From the NCBI GenBank assembly GCA_045636265.1, contig JAZTXD010000078.1:66967-130966 (forward strand): a DNA stretch of 64,000 nt, given 5' to 3'. The position numbers and the translations under genes were made by a program. The stretch comes from Candidatus Flemingiibacterium sp. Lineage in GTDB: Bacteria; Bacillota; Clostridia; Oscillospirales; CAG-272. Shown piece by piece: positions 36,801 to 46,033 of the stretch. Positions within the stretch are counted from its first letter, which is position 1; each line of letters opens with the position of its first letter. Below the pieces are notes generated by a model that was not told the origin of the DNA, searched no databases, and saw nothing but the letters and a program-made list of their open reading frames with translations.

Positions 36801-37503
36801 TTATATCAGCGAGGACGGAGAGGTCGTCTGTGATCACTTGTCTCCAAAGGCTATGCTTGATAAGCTTAGATTCCTTTGCAAAGGCAAGACGGCTCCCGTT
36901 CCGGAGCTTTACCGTCAGTTCAATAAGGAAACAAAGGACGGACGTGATATGGCGGACATCTCAGCATTGCTTGGCGATGCAATTTCCTCCGTCATTCAAA
37001 CCAAGGAAGAAAGCGAGATTGACGCATTTCTTGGTGGCAGTCAGATGAGTTTCCTTTCAAATGAAATCAAGGGACTTGATGACTTCGAACTTATCTGCTT
37101 CCTCGTTATTAAAGAGCCAAGCACTCCAATCGTAAAAAAGACTCCGTTCAGATTGGTTGTTGCAGGCGGTCGCGAGTTCGAGAACTACAAGCTTCTTTCA
37201 ACTCAGCTCGACAAGTATCTCCCCGACATCATCAAAACCCATGACATTATCATTCTCAGCGGTTGCGCTAAAGGTGCCGATAGTCTGGGTGAGCAGTATG
37301 CTCGTGAGCACGGATTTGCGATTGAACAGCATCCGGCTGCCTGGGAGCGTTACGGCAATGCTGCAGGCCCTATCAGAAACAAGGAAATGACAGGTGTAGC
37401 AGATGCAGTTGTTGTTTTCTGGGATGGAAAGTCCAGAGGAAGCAGAAGTATGATCAACTGCGCCAAGGAACAAGGCATTCCTTGCAAGATCGTAAGATAC
37501 TAA
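33877..37503 (+). CDS. SNF2-family helicase with C-terminal SLOG/DUF2493-like domain
   Basis: ILADSVGLGKTF (I), VVIDESHNFRN (II), LSATPVNN (III), QRFGRIDRIG (VI). C-terminal ~125 aa carry SGCAKGADSLGEQYA...AAGPIRNKEM...VVVFWDGKSRGS. Confidence 0.85.
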   Translation: MIMELLDNVNKTLKDDLSDTIREGSRVSIAAACFSMYAFQELKKQLEGIDELRFIFTSPTFTTEKTKKESREFYIPRLSREKSLYGTEFEVRLRNELTQKAIAKECAEWIRSKVAFKSNITGEMLMGFANVDETSYSPINGFTTVDLGCERGNNMFTAIMKTSAVENSRYYLSKFDEIWSDPSRLQDVTEEVIESISTAYNENSPDFIYFVTLFNIFSEFLEDISEDVLPNEATGFKESKIWSMLYNFQRDAVLAIINKLEKFNGCILADSVGLGKTFTALAVIKYYENRNKSVLVLCPKKLSNNWNTFKDNYLNNPIASDRLRYDVLYHTDLSRTHGTSNGLDLDRLNWGNYDLVVIDESHNFRNGGKSDIENEKENRYLRLLNKVIRQGVKTKVLMLSATPVNNRFNDLKNQLALAYEGNSSLINGKLNTKNSIEEIFRQAQRAFNAWSKQEPQNRTTENLLKMLDFDFFEVLDSVTIARSRKHIEKYYDTTDVGSFPQRLRPISLYPPLTDLEGAINYNEIFEQLMLLNLAIYTPSHYILDSKKIKYAELYDDERVSVGFTQANREQGIRRLMAINLMKRMESSVASFRLTLGRIDDLIKTTIETIDNFNKYADTQLNLEDISHLTDFDFDDQNADELFSFGKKVKISLGDMDYLSWRRDLNKDKEILDLLTVMVADITPEHDSKLQELFDVLKNKIENPINPDNRKVIIFTAFSDTAEYLYENVSKYILKKFRLNTAMVTGSVEGRSTVPRLRCDLNNVLTCFSPISKGKALLMPNDNTEIDVLIATDCISEGQNLQDCDFLINYDIHWNPVRIIQRFGRIDRIGSKNERIQLVNFWPDVTLDEYIDLKARVETRMKIVDMTATGDDNILAEEKAELEYRKAQLKRLQEEVVDIEEMSSGISIMDLGLNEFRLDLLEYVKTNPDLDKTPFGLHAVAEAKEDCPPGVVFILKNRSNSVNIDNQNRLHPFYMVYISEDGEVVCDHLSPKAMLDKLRFLCKGKTAPVPELYRQFNKETKDGRDMADISALLGDAISSVIQTKEESEIDAFLGGSQMSFLSNEIKGLDDFELICFLVIKEPSTPIVKKTPFRLVVAGGREFENYKLLSTQLDKYLPDIIKTHDIIILSGCAKGADSLGEQYAREHGFAIEQHPAAWERYGNAAGPIRNKEMTGVADAVVVFWDGKSRGSRSMINCAKEQGIPCKIVRY

Positions 37504-37520
37504 AATAAGGAGACGTTGAA

Positions 37521-38123
37521 ATGCTCGGTTTTCCAAAGAAATCGGAACTGCGAAAGCCGCTTCATAAGAAGGCGATTTTCGAGAGATTAAAACTGAATAC
37601 AGCTCAGCAGGATCGAGTGGATACCGACATTTCACGACTCTACTTCGTCAATGAGATCTCGCCGTTCAGCGTGGGTATTGCAGAGGGCGAGACGGTAAAA
37701 ATGTTCCACGTCATTCTCGTGTCCCTCAAGCGAAAGGACTATGATGAGCGAACCATCTCAATGTTATTCCGTTTGATCGACAACAATATGGTTCTCGTGC
37801 TTGAGTATGAGAATGAAAGCCGTGTAGCTATTTATCACGGAAAGTTGATACAGACCGAATGGAAGCCTACCGAGTCATTTTCTTACGCTTTGCAAGGACT
37901 TGATCTTGATTCGGTTTGGAATAACCTGATCATTCAAATCGGCAACATCGAAATGGATGAGGGCAACACAATTGACGAACAGATTGCCGTAGACGAGCAG
38001 CGCGCAAAACTTCTCAAAGAAATAGATAGACTTGAAAAGCTCGCCCGCGCTGAAAAGCAGCCGAAGAAAAAATTTGAGTTGGTGCAACAGATAAACAAAC
38101 TAAAGGATGGTGAAAATAAGTGA
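37521..38123 (+). CDS. DUF4391 domain protein
   Basis: MLGFPKKSELRKPLHKKAIFE... and overall pattern recalled for DUF4391. Always seen by me next to SNF2 + methylase genes. Confidence 0.65.
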   Translation: MLGFPKKSELRKPLHKKAIFERLKLNTAQQDRVDTDISRLYFVNEISPFSVGIAEGETVKMFHVILVSLKRKDYDERTISMLFRLIDNNMVLVLEYENESRVAIYHGKLIQTEWKPTESFSYALQGLDLDSVWNNLIIQIGNIEMDEGNTIDEQIAVDEQRAKLLKEIDRLEKLARAEKQPKKKFELVQQINKLKDGENK

Positions 38124-38968
38124 GAAAAAGTATATTTGATATTGCATCTGCGTCTATAAATATTTCAAATGAAGTTGACCGAATTGTTTCCATGTCTATT
38201 AACGAAAAGACCACTTACTATTCACCATACGACCTCTCGCTTTTTGAGTTTGTAGATAAACGTTGTTTTCGTGATTGGATTTATAGAGGTCACTTTGTTG
38301 ATGTGAAAGATTTTTTGGATGCTATCAATTATAATGAAATTAAAAAAGCCTCCAAAAATGATAATGTTGATGCCTTTATGACACTAATAGAGGTGACATA
38401 TAATTTTTGGAATTTAGCACATCGCGATATTGTTGATGAAAAAACAGGGAGTAAGTGGCAAAACAATTTTTATCATTTACGAGATGTTATGCTTGATAAT
38501 TTAGAGAAATACAACCACAAAGCTTATATTGACGATGAACGAGTTTTAATTATTGAAGATAAGCCCGAAGTCACTGCGGTGGCAGAAATTGTTGAACAAG
38601 ATTTGGCAATAGACATTATCCGGTACAATCATCGTTCTCTGCAAGGTGAATTGGATTTGAAGAAGACCATTTTGCTTTCACTTGGTGCTGAATTAGAGCC
38701 AAGGCGAAAAGAATTGCAGGTGCTTAACAAACAGCTGTCTGAAGATATTTTCTTTATGCTGAACAATCTTAATGTAAGACATAACAACAGAAGCAAGAAG
38801 GATAAGAATTACAAAGAATATGTGGCAAAAATGCGAAAAGACCGTCTCGAAAAATGGTACGATGAATTGTATGAAATGATGTTGCTTGCGTTTTTGCTTT
38901 TGGATAATGTTGAGCGAACATCCCAAGTAAAAGAATTGAAGGACAAAATTGTGGGAGGAACAAACTAA
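38120..38968 (+). CDS. hypothetical protein (AT-rich insert)
   Basis: 282-aa ORF overlapping both neighbours by 1-4 nt. No recognised motif. Confidence 0.55.
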   Translation: MRKSIFDIASASINISNEVDRIVSMSINEKTTYYSPYDLSLFEFVDKRCFRDWIYRGHFVDVKDFLDAINYNEIKKASKNDNVDAFMTLIEVTYNFWNLAHRDIVDEKTGSKWQNNFYHLRDVMLDNLEKYNHKAYIDDERVLIIEDKPEVTAVAEIVEQDLAIDIIRYNHRSLQGELDLKKTILLSLGAELEPRRKELQVLNKQLSEDIFFMLNNLNVRHNNRSKKDKNYKEYVAKMRKDRLEKWYDELYEMMLLAFLLLDNVERTSQVKELKDKIVGGTN

Positions 38969-40848
38969 TGGATAAATTAAAAATGCACAGTCTGAACAAG
39001 GTTGACGATAATATAAAGAAGATTGGAGCCCTGTTCCCGAACTGCTTGACCGAGAGGAAGAACGACGCGGGTGAGGTAGAGTATGCCATTGATTTTGAAT
39101 TGCTGAAGCAAGAGCTTTCTACCGTTATTGTAGAGGGCAACGAGGAACGCTATCAGTTTACTTGGCCCGACAAGAAGAAGTCTATACTTGCTGCCAATGC
39201 TCCAATCAGCGATACTTTACGCCCCTGTCGTGAGGAAAGTGTGGATTTTGACAATACCGAAAATCTCTATATTGAAGGCGATAATCTCGCGGTTCTCAAA
39301 CTTCTTCAGGAAACATATCTCGGTAAGATTAAGATGATCTATATTGATCCTCCCTATAATACAGGCAACGACTTCGTTTATAATGACGATTTTGCAGAGA
39401 GCGTGGATGAATATCTTGCGCATAGTGGTCAGTTTGATGACGAAGGAAATAGGCTTTTCTCAAATACAGAAAATAACGGTAGATTTCATACGGATTGGCT
39501 AAATATGCTTTATCCTCGACTTAAATTAGCCAAAGACCTCCTTACGGATGATGGCGTTATTTTCATAAGCATTGATGAAAACGAAGTGCAAAATCTCAGA
39601 AAGCTATGCGATGAAATTTTCGGCGAACATAATTTCATTTCACAATTAGGCTGGCAGAAGGTATACTCTCCCAAAAATCAAGCGCGATACTTTTCCAATG
39701 ATTACGAATTCATTTTGTGCTACTGCAAAAACATTGAACACTTTTCATTAAGATTGCTTCCCAGAACGGCAGAAATGAACGCGCGCTACAAAAATCCTGA
39801 TAATGATCCTCGTGGAGATTGGAAACCGGGAGATTGTGTTGGAAGTGGAGAAAGAAAGAACGGATACTATGATGTTATTAGTCCTATAACAGGAAAAGTG
39901 TTCAATGTTCCACAGGGCAAACACTGGGTATATGCACCTGAAACAATGAAGCAATTACTTGAAGATAATCGAATCTATTTTGGTAAGGACGGTAATGCTT
40001 TCCCTGCAGTAAAACAATTCTTGTGTGACGTGAGTGGTCGAAGAGCTTCCAGTTTGTTAATGTATGAAGATTACGGTCATACTGACATGGCGAAAAAGGA
40101 CTTAATAAAATTGTTCCAAGATCTTGTGAAGGTTCCGTTTGATACACCAAAGCCTGTAAAGTTGATTAAGATGTTGAGTATTTTAGGAAGTAACGAAAAC
40201 GATATTATTCTTGACTTCTTCTCGGGATCAGCTACCACTGCACAGTCAATTTTTGAATTGAATGCAGAAGATGAAAAAAGTAATAGAAAATTTATCTTGG
40301 TACAACTCCCTGAGCCCTTAGAAAACAACGATGGTGCGGCTAAAATAGGACTTCACACCATAAGTGATGTTGGAAAGGAAAGAATTAGACGCGCGGCGGA
40401 AAAAGTAAAAGAGGAAAATGGAATAATGGCTCATGATCTCGATCTTGGCTTCCGTGTTCTCAAGGTTGATTCTTCCAATATGAAAGATGTTTACTATAAT
40501 CCCGCCGAATATGAACTTAGCATATTTGATATGCTTACCGACAATATCAAGGAAGATAGAACCCCCGAGGATCTTTTGTTCCAAGTGATGCTTGACCTTG
40601 GCGTGCTTCTTTCCAGCAAGATTGAGGAAACAACTATCGCGGGCAAGAGAGTATTCAATGTAGCTGACGGATTCCTTATTGCTTGCTTTGACGAGCTTGT
40701 AACCGAGGAGACCATTACCGCTATCGCAAAGCAGAAACCCTATTACTTTGTAATGCGCGACAGCTCTATGGCATCCGACAGTGTTGCAACCAACTTTGAG
40801 CAAATCTTCGCAACGTATAGCCCTGATACAGAAAGAAAGGTGCTGTAA
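38968..40848 (+). CDS. mod: site-specific DNA methyltransferase, type III Mod-like (beta-class N6A/N4C)
   Basis: Motif IV IYIDPPYNTGNDF precedes motif I LDFFSGSATTAQS. Confidence 0.9.
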   Translation: MDKLKMHSLNKVDDNIKKIGALFPNCLTERKNDAGEVEYAIDFELLKQELSTVIVEGNEERYQFTWPDKKKSILAANAPISDTLRPCREESVDFDNTENLYIEGDNLAVLKLLQETYLGKIKMIYIDPPYNTGNDFVYNDDFAESVDEYLAHSGQFDDEGNRLFSNTENNGRFHTDWLNMLYPRLKLAKDLLTDDGVIFISIDENEVQNLRKLCDEIFGEHNFISQLGWQKVYSPKNQARYFSNDYEFILCYCKNIEHFSLRLLPRTAEMNARYKNPDNDPRGDWKPGDCVGSGERKNGYYDVISPITGKVFNVPQGKHWVYAPETMKQLLEDNRIYFGKDGNAFPAVKQFLCDVSGRRASSLLMYEDYGHTDMAKKDLIKLFQDLVKVPFDTPKPVKLIKMLSILGSNENDIILDFFSGSATTAQSIFELNAEDEKSNRKFILVQLPEPLENNDGAAKIGLHTISDVGKERIRRAAEKVKEENGIMAHDLDLGFRVLKVDSSNMKDVYYNPAEYELSIFDMLTDNIKEDRTPEDLLFQVMLDLGVLLSSKIEETTIAGKRVFNVADGFLIACFDELVTEETITAIAKQKPYYFVMRDSSMASDSVATNFEQIFATYSPDTERKVL

Positions 40849-41387
40849 TGCTTCCTCAAATGAGCTTTAACTTCAACGGCTTTTATCAAACATGGCTTAT
40901 GCTTGACGAAAAAGTAAAAAACGGTAAAACCGATTGCTATTTGATACCTTGGATCGTCAATGGAGCGTTTGCGTGTGAAGTTGGAATAAAATATATATTG
41001 GCTCAAAATCAAATTGGCTTTAAAAAAGAACACCTCTTACATGAGCTATATAATTTGTTGCCGGATAAGCACAAAGCGGAAATATCAAAAGATTTGTACG
41101 AACAATGTCCCGGATATACATTGGAGCATTTCAATCAAGAAATTTTATTATTATCCGATTCATTCTGCAATTTCAGATATTCTTACGAAAACACGCTAAC
41201 GTTAGATATCAATTTTTTCAAGATTTGGTGTCAAGCAATTTTTAAGCAAGTAAATGCTTATCCAATATATGATTTGGTGGAACGTACCGGCGAATCTGAT
41301 ATTACCGAAGATGAACTTGACCAAAAGCTGCTGGAAGCACAGAACGAAATGCTTTGTAAGCTAAAGAAGAAGGAAAAGCGGAAATAA
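40848..41387 (+). CDS. hypothetical protein (AT-rich insert)
   Basis: 179-aa ORF, TAATG overlap with mod. Confidence 0.5.
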   Translation: MLPQMSFNFNGFYQTWLMLDEKVKNGKTDCYLIPWIVNGAFACEVGIKYILAQNQIGFKKEHLLHELYNLLPDKHKAEISKDLYEQCPGYTLEHFNQEILLLSDSFCNFRYSYENTLTLDINFFKIWCQAIFKQVNAYPIYDLVERTGESDITEDELDQKLLEAQNEMLCKLKKKEKRK

Positions 41388-41422
41388 CAAAAGGTAAATT
41401 TCAATGAAAGGATAACAAAACA

Positions 41423-42121
41423 ATGAGATATCATAGACACATGCGAAATTGGATGACAGCGATTTCTGCTATATTTCTTCTTACAACTATTCTTTTTTCT
41501 TACTTGCAAGAAAAATATTCATGCATTACCGTTTTTGCAATAATAAATAACATTTCGATTTGTATCCTTACAGGCTGTTTAATAGCATTGTTGCAGTTTA
41601 TCATAGGTTATCACAATGCAAAACATGATCACCTTTTGTTGTTTTATAAAAGCATAATTTTGCTTGAGGACAAAATCATTTATTATCCCTATCAACGTTT
41701 GGGGTTTGTTGATGCCGTTTCTGGATTGAAAGATATAAGAGAAGTATTAAATTTTTATTCTGAATCAGTAATTTCATCTTATCGACAAATTGATTTTGAT
41801 GGACGTTGTGACAAGGCGTTGATTTCTGCTCAAACATTATTCACACTATACAAAGATCAGATTGAACCTTTCAAAGAATTCAGAGATACGCTTTGTGATG
41901 GAATTAGATTTATGGACAAAACAGAAGTGGATTTAATTTGCGAAGGAGTCATAGATATTCCAGATGCTACAAGAAAAATGAATGAACTACTGCAAGAAAA
42001 AGAAAAAGCCGTCCAAGATGCTTACAACGATGAAAATGCACGAAAAAAACGTAATGAGGCATACGAAATCTTAGAAACCTATTTGTTTGGCAAATCATCC
42101 AAACAGAAGAAATCAAAATAA
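41423..42121 (+). CDS. hypothetical membrane protein (AT-rich insert)
   Basis: Two or three N-terminal TM segments (AISAIFLLTTILFSYL, ICILTGCLIALLQFIIGY). Confidence 0.5.
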   Translation: MRYHRHMRNWMTAISAIFLLTTILFSYLQEKYSCITVFAIINNISICILTGCLIALLQFIIGYHNAKHDHLLLFYKSIILLEDKIIYYPYQRLGFVDAVSGLKDIREVLNFYSESVISSYRQIDFDGRCDKALISAQTLFTLYKDQIEPFKEFRDTLCDGIRFMDKTEVDLICEGVIDIPDATRKMNELLQEKEKAVQDAYNDENARKKRNEAYEILETYLFGKSSKQKKSK

Positions 42122-42152
42122 GCGATACTATTGCTTAAAAGGAGGTGGACAA

Positions 42153-42884
42153 ATGACGGAACGCATATACCCTGAAGGAGCAAGAAATAATATGCTCGCA
42201 GGAATGTATAGCGAAATCGCTATGGAAGCATATTTCCATGCTACAAAATATTATCGCGTTATTCGAGAAAACGATTATTCTGCTTTTGTAGGATATGAAT
42301 TGTCAGAACTGAATAAGTACATAGTCAAAACTGTTGTTTTTTCTGCCATGTCCATAGAATCTTTTCTAAATGATTATGCTGCTGCATGTTTGGGCGATTC
42401 GGAGTTCTATTCTAATTTTGACAAATTATCTACCATTGGAAAATTTCAGTTGATTGCAAAGTTTATCTTAAAAAGTAAAGTTGAAAAGGACAAGAAATAT
42501 TACTTTTATTTAAAAACGTTGTTTACATTAAGAGATTCTTACATACATAACAAAAGCACTTCATTTGATACTGAGGGCTATGCTACCTTGGAAGAATATT
42601 TGGATTACGCACAAGAAGCATACAAAGAAGAGTTGTCAGAAAAATCATGGAGTTTTGATAAGGACGAAATTGACACCGATTATAGAGGAGCAACCAATGC
42701 CTTGAAAGCAATTAAAGAAATTGCTCTGTATTTTGATGAAAACGATGCAAGGCAAATTGCAATGCATAGATTATTTCATCCGTTGGGATTGCAATTAGGT
42801 AGTGAAAAGGAAAAAGAATACAAGGCAATGGTGTTTTCAGAATTAGGCATTAAGGTGGACGAAAATTATGAAATTCAAATTTAA
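42153..42884 (+). CDS. hypothetical protein with possible HEPN-type Rx4H motif (AT-rich insert)
   Basis: ATG 42153 follows AAGGAGG. LFTLRDSYIHNKS contains R-x4-H. All-helical composition. Confidence 0.45.
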   Translation: MTERIYPEGARNNMLAGMYSEIAMEAYFHATKYYRVIRENDYSAFVGYELSELNKYIVKTVVFSAMSIESFLNDYAAACLGDSEFYSNFDKLSTIGKFQLIAKFILKSKVEKDKKYYFYLKTLFTLRDSYIHNKSTSFDTEGYATLEEYLDYAQEAYKEELSEKSWSFDKDEIDTDYRGATNALKAIKEIALYFDENDARQIAMHRLFHPLGLQLGSEKEKEYKAMVFSELGIKVDENYEIQI

Positions 42885-45800
42885 GATACAACAATACCAA
42901 ACCGACGCGGTTGATGCGGTTGTCCGCGTATTTGATGGACAGCCCTATCAAGATCACGTCAGTTACAGAAGAGATATAGGACAAGCTCAAGTACAGCAAA
43001 TGACATTTTCCGTTGGCGAAAACGGAGAAGTTGAGGATATTGAAACCGGCTTCAAGAACGCGAGTCTTGAGCTTTCCGACGATCAGCTTCTCAGGACAAT
43101 ACAGAAAATTCAGTCGCAGAACAACATTAAGCTCTCTTCGAGCTTGATTAGCGGTAAAAACTGCGGTCGATGCAGCCTTGATATCGAGATGGAAACAGGT
43201 ACAGGTAAGACGTACGTTTATATCAAGACGATGTTCGAGCTGAACAAGAAATACGGCTGGTCCAAGTTCATTGTCGTAGTTCCTTCCATTGCTATTCGTG
43301 AGGGCGTTAAGAAATCATTCGAGATTACCGCCGATCACTTTATGGAGCACTATGGCAAGAAAGCGCGTTTCTTTATCTACAATAGCGCAAACCTTGAACA
43401 GCTTGATAACTTCTCGTCGAGCTCCGGCATCAACGTCATGATCATCAATACTCAGGCGTTCGCCGCTTCGCTCAAAGAAGACGGAAGAAGCAAAGAAGCA
43501 CGTATTATCTTCACTAAGCGTGATAACTTTGGCTCCCGTAAGCCCATTGAAGTTATTGCTGCCAGCCGTCCTATCATCATTATGGACGAACCGCAGAAAA
43601 TGGGCGGCGAGGTGACACAGAATGCGCTGAAGAACTTTAATCCGCTCTTTACCATTAACTATTCTGCAACACACAAAACCCAGCACAACCTTGTTTACGT
43701 GCTTGACGCGCTTGATGCATTCAACAAGCGTTTGGTAAAGAAGATCGAGGTTAAGGGCTTTGAAGTTAAAAACTTCCGTGGAACCGATAAGTACCTCTAT
43801 TTCGAGAGCATCATTCTTTCCAAGAAGAAGCCGCCTATGGCTCGTATCGAGCTTGAGATCGGTTACAACAAGTCCATTAACCGTGAGACTCGTATTCTCG
43901 GTGTAGGCGATGATCTGTTCTATATCTCGCAGGAAATGGAGCAGTATCGTGGTTATACGATATCCGAGGTGGATCCTATCAGAAACACCGTTACCTTTAC
44001 AAACGGCGAAACAATGAAAGCCGGAGAAATTGTCGGTGATATATCCGAAAAGGATATGCGCCGCATCCAGATCAGAGAGACTATTATTTCTCACTTTGAA
44101 AAGGAAGAAAAGCTCTTTAATATGGGCATTAAGACGCTTTCTCTGTTCTTCATTGACGAGGTTGCCAAGTACCGTCAGTATGATGAGAACGGCGACGAGG
44201 TTCTCGGAGAGTACGGTCGTATGTTCGAGGAAGAATATATCAGTGTTCTCAACGAATACACCACGCTCCTTGATACGCCTTATCAGAGATATCTTCGTGA
44301 GACTTGCTCGGACGTTTCTGCCGTACATAGAGGATACTTCAGTATTGATAAGAAGACCGGTCGTAGCATAAACAGTGAGCTCAAGCGTGGTAGTGAGTTC
44401 TCTGACGATATTTCGGCTTACGACTTGATTCTCAAGAACAAGGAAAGACTGCTTTCCTTTGATGAACCTACAAGATTTATCTTCTCACATTCCGCTCTCC
44501 GGGAAGGCTGGGATAACCCCAACGTATTTCAGATCTGTACCTTGAAGCACTCCGACAGCCAAACGGCAAAACGCCAAGAGGTTGGTCGTGGCCTTCGTTT
44601 GTGCGTAAGCCAGTCCGGTAACAGAATGGACGCTGAGAGCTGCGGCCCTACTGTACACGATATAAACCTGCTTACCGTTATTGCGAGCGAGAGCTACCGT
44701 AACTTCGTAACCGATCTTCAGTCCGATATTAAGACCGTTCTTTACGATAGACCTACAGTCGCTACCAGTGAATACTTCAACGGCAAGTACGTTAAGGTCA
44801 ACGACGTTCCTACGCTCATTGATAAGACAACTGCCGACACCATTGAATTCTACCTCATAAGCAACGGCTACGTTGATATGAAGCGTAAAATCACAGATAA
44901 GTATCGCATGGACGTTCAGATGGGAACTGTTGCTCCACTTCCTGAAGAGCTCCTTCCTATGACCGAGGGCGTTCAGGCACTTATTCAGTCGGTTTACGAT
45001 GATTCTATTCTTGACGATATGTTTGCCGATGCAAAGGAAGCTGCCGTTACGGATAACCCCTTGAACGATAACTTCGCTAAGAAAGAGTTCCAAGCACTCT
45101 GGAAACAGATCAATCACCGCTACGCCTACACTGTTGACTTTGACAGTGCAGAGCTGATTGCCAAGGCGATTGCTCACATTGATGAAAAGCTCTTCGTATT
45201 CGAGCTTCAGTACACCACTTCTATCGGAAGACAGAAAACCGAAATGAACGAGTACGAGGTTGGAAGAGGCGATTCATTCGGTTCTGTTAAGACGAGAACT
45301 CAGACGCTTCATCAGGCGGCAACGAGTCAGATCAAGTACGACCTTATCGGTAAAATCGCCGCAGGTACGACTTTGACGAGAAAAACTATTGCAGCGATCC
45401 TCAAGGGATTACGTCAGGATAAGATTTATATGTTCAAGAATAACCCGGAGGAATTTATCTCTAAGGTTATCAAGCTTATCAACGAGCAGAAGGCGACTAT
45501 GATCGTTGAGCATATTTCCTACAACCCCATTGAGGGAGAGTTTGACAGCGGTATCTTTACTGCGGAAAAGAGCAAACAGGCCTTTGATAAAGCGTTTAGA
45601 GCTGAGAAGGCTATTCAGGACTACGTATTTACCGACGGTTCTGCCGAGCAAAGCATCGAGCGCAGATTTGCGCAGGATCTTGATGCTGCCGCAGAGGTTT
45701 GTGTGTACGCAAAGCTCCCCAAGGGCTTCCATATACCCACTCCCGTTGGCAACTACTCGCCTGACTGGGCTATTGCTTTCTACGAGGGCTCTGTGAAGCA

Positions 45801-45978
45801 TATCTACTTTGTTGCGGAAACGAAAGGCACTATGGAGAGCCTTAATCTTCGTCCTATTGAGCAAGCAAAGATTTCCTGTGCAAAGAGACTCTTCAACGAG
45901 ATCTCCACAAGTCAGGTAAGATATCACGACGTTGATAGTTACCAAAGTTTGCTGAACATTATGGGGGCGTTAAAATAA
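42868..45978 (+). CDS. res: type III restriction enzyme Res subunit (helicase + PD-ExK nuclease)
   Basis: METGTGKTYVY (Walker A), IIMDEPQK (DEAH-like), SALREGWDNPNV, C-terminal YSPDW...FVAETKG nuclease motif. Confidence 0.9.
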   Translation: MKFKFKIQQYQTDAVDAVVRVFDGQPYQDHVSYRRDIGQAQVQQMTFSVGENGEVEDIETGFKNASLELSDDQLLRTIQKIQSQNNIKLSSSLISGKNCGRCSLDIEMETGTGKTYVYIKTMFELNKKYGWSKFIVVVPSIAIREGVKKSFEITADHFMEHYGKKARFFIYNSANLEQLDNFSSSSGINVMIINTQAFAASLKEDGRSKEARIIFTKRDNFGSRKPIEVIAASRPIIIMDEPQKMGGEVTQNALKNFNPLFTINYSATHKTQHNLVYVLDALDAFNKRLVKKIEVKGFEVKNFRGTDKYLYFESIILSKKKPPMARIELEIGYNKSINRETRILGVGDDLFYISQEMEQYRGYTISEVDPIRNTVTFTNGETMKAGEIVGDISEKDMRRIQIRETIISHFEKEEKLFNMGIKTLSLFFIDEVAKYRQYDENGDEVLGEYGRMFEEEYISVLNEYTTLLDTPYQRYLRETCSDVSAVHRGYFSIDKKTGRSINSELKRGSEFSDDISAYDLILKNKERLLSFDEPTRFIFSHSALREGWDNPNVFQICTLKHSDSQTAKRQEVGRGLRLCVSQSGNRMDAESCGPTVHDINLLTVIASESYRNFVTDLQSDIKTVLYDRPTVATSEYFNGKYVKVNDVPTLIDKTTADTIEFYLISNGYVDMKRKITDKYRMDVQMGTVAPLPEELLPMTEGVQALIQSVYDDSILDDMFADAKEAAVTDNPLNDNFAKKEFQALWKQINHRYAYTVDFDSAELIAKAIAHIDEKLFVFELQYTTSIGRQKTEMNEYEVGRGDSFGSVKTRTQTLHQAATSQIKYDLIGKIAAGTTLTRKTIAAILKGLRQDKIYMFKNNPEEFISKVIKLINEQKATMIVEHISYNPIEGEFDSGIFTAEKSKQAFDKAFRAEKAIQDYVFTDGSAEQSIERRFAQDLDAAAEVCVYAKLPKGFHIPTPVGNYSPDWAIAFYEGSVKHIYFVAETKGTMESLNLRPIEQAKISCAKRLFNEISTSQVRYHDVDSYQSLLNIMGALK

Positions 45979-45990
45979 GATTATAATAAC

Positions 45991-46027
45991 AGCCGCGGTA
46001 TGAGCACGATGCGCTCATACCGCGGCT
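45991..46027. terminator. bidirectional terminator (14-bp perfect stem)
   Basis: GCCGCGGTATGAGC...GCTCATACCGCGGC between the convergent res and tnpV genes. Confidence 0.8.
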
Positions 46028-46033
46028 TGTTCG

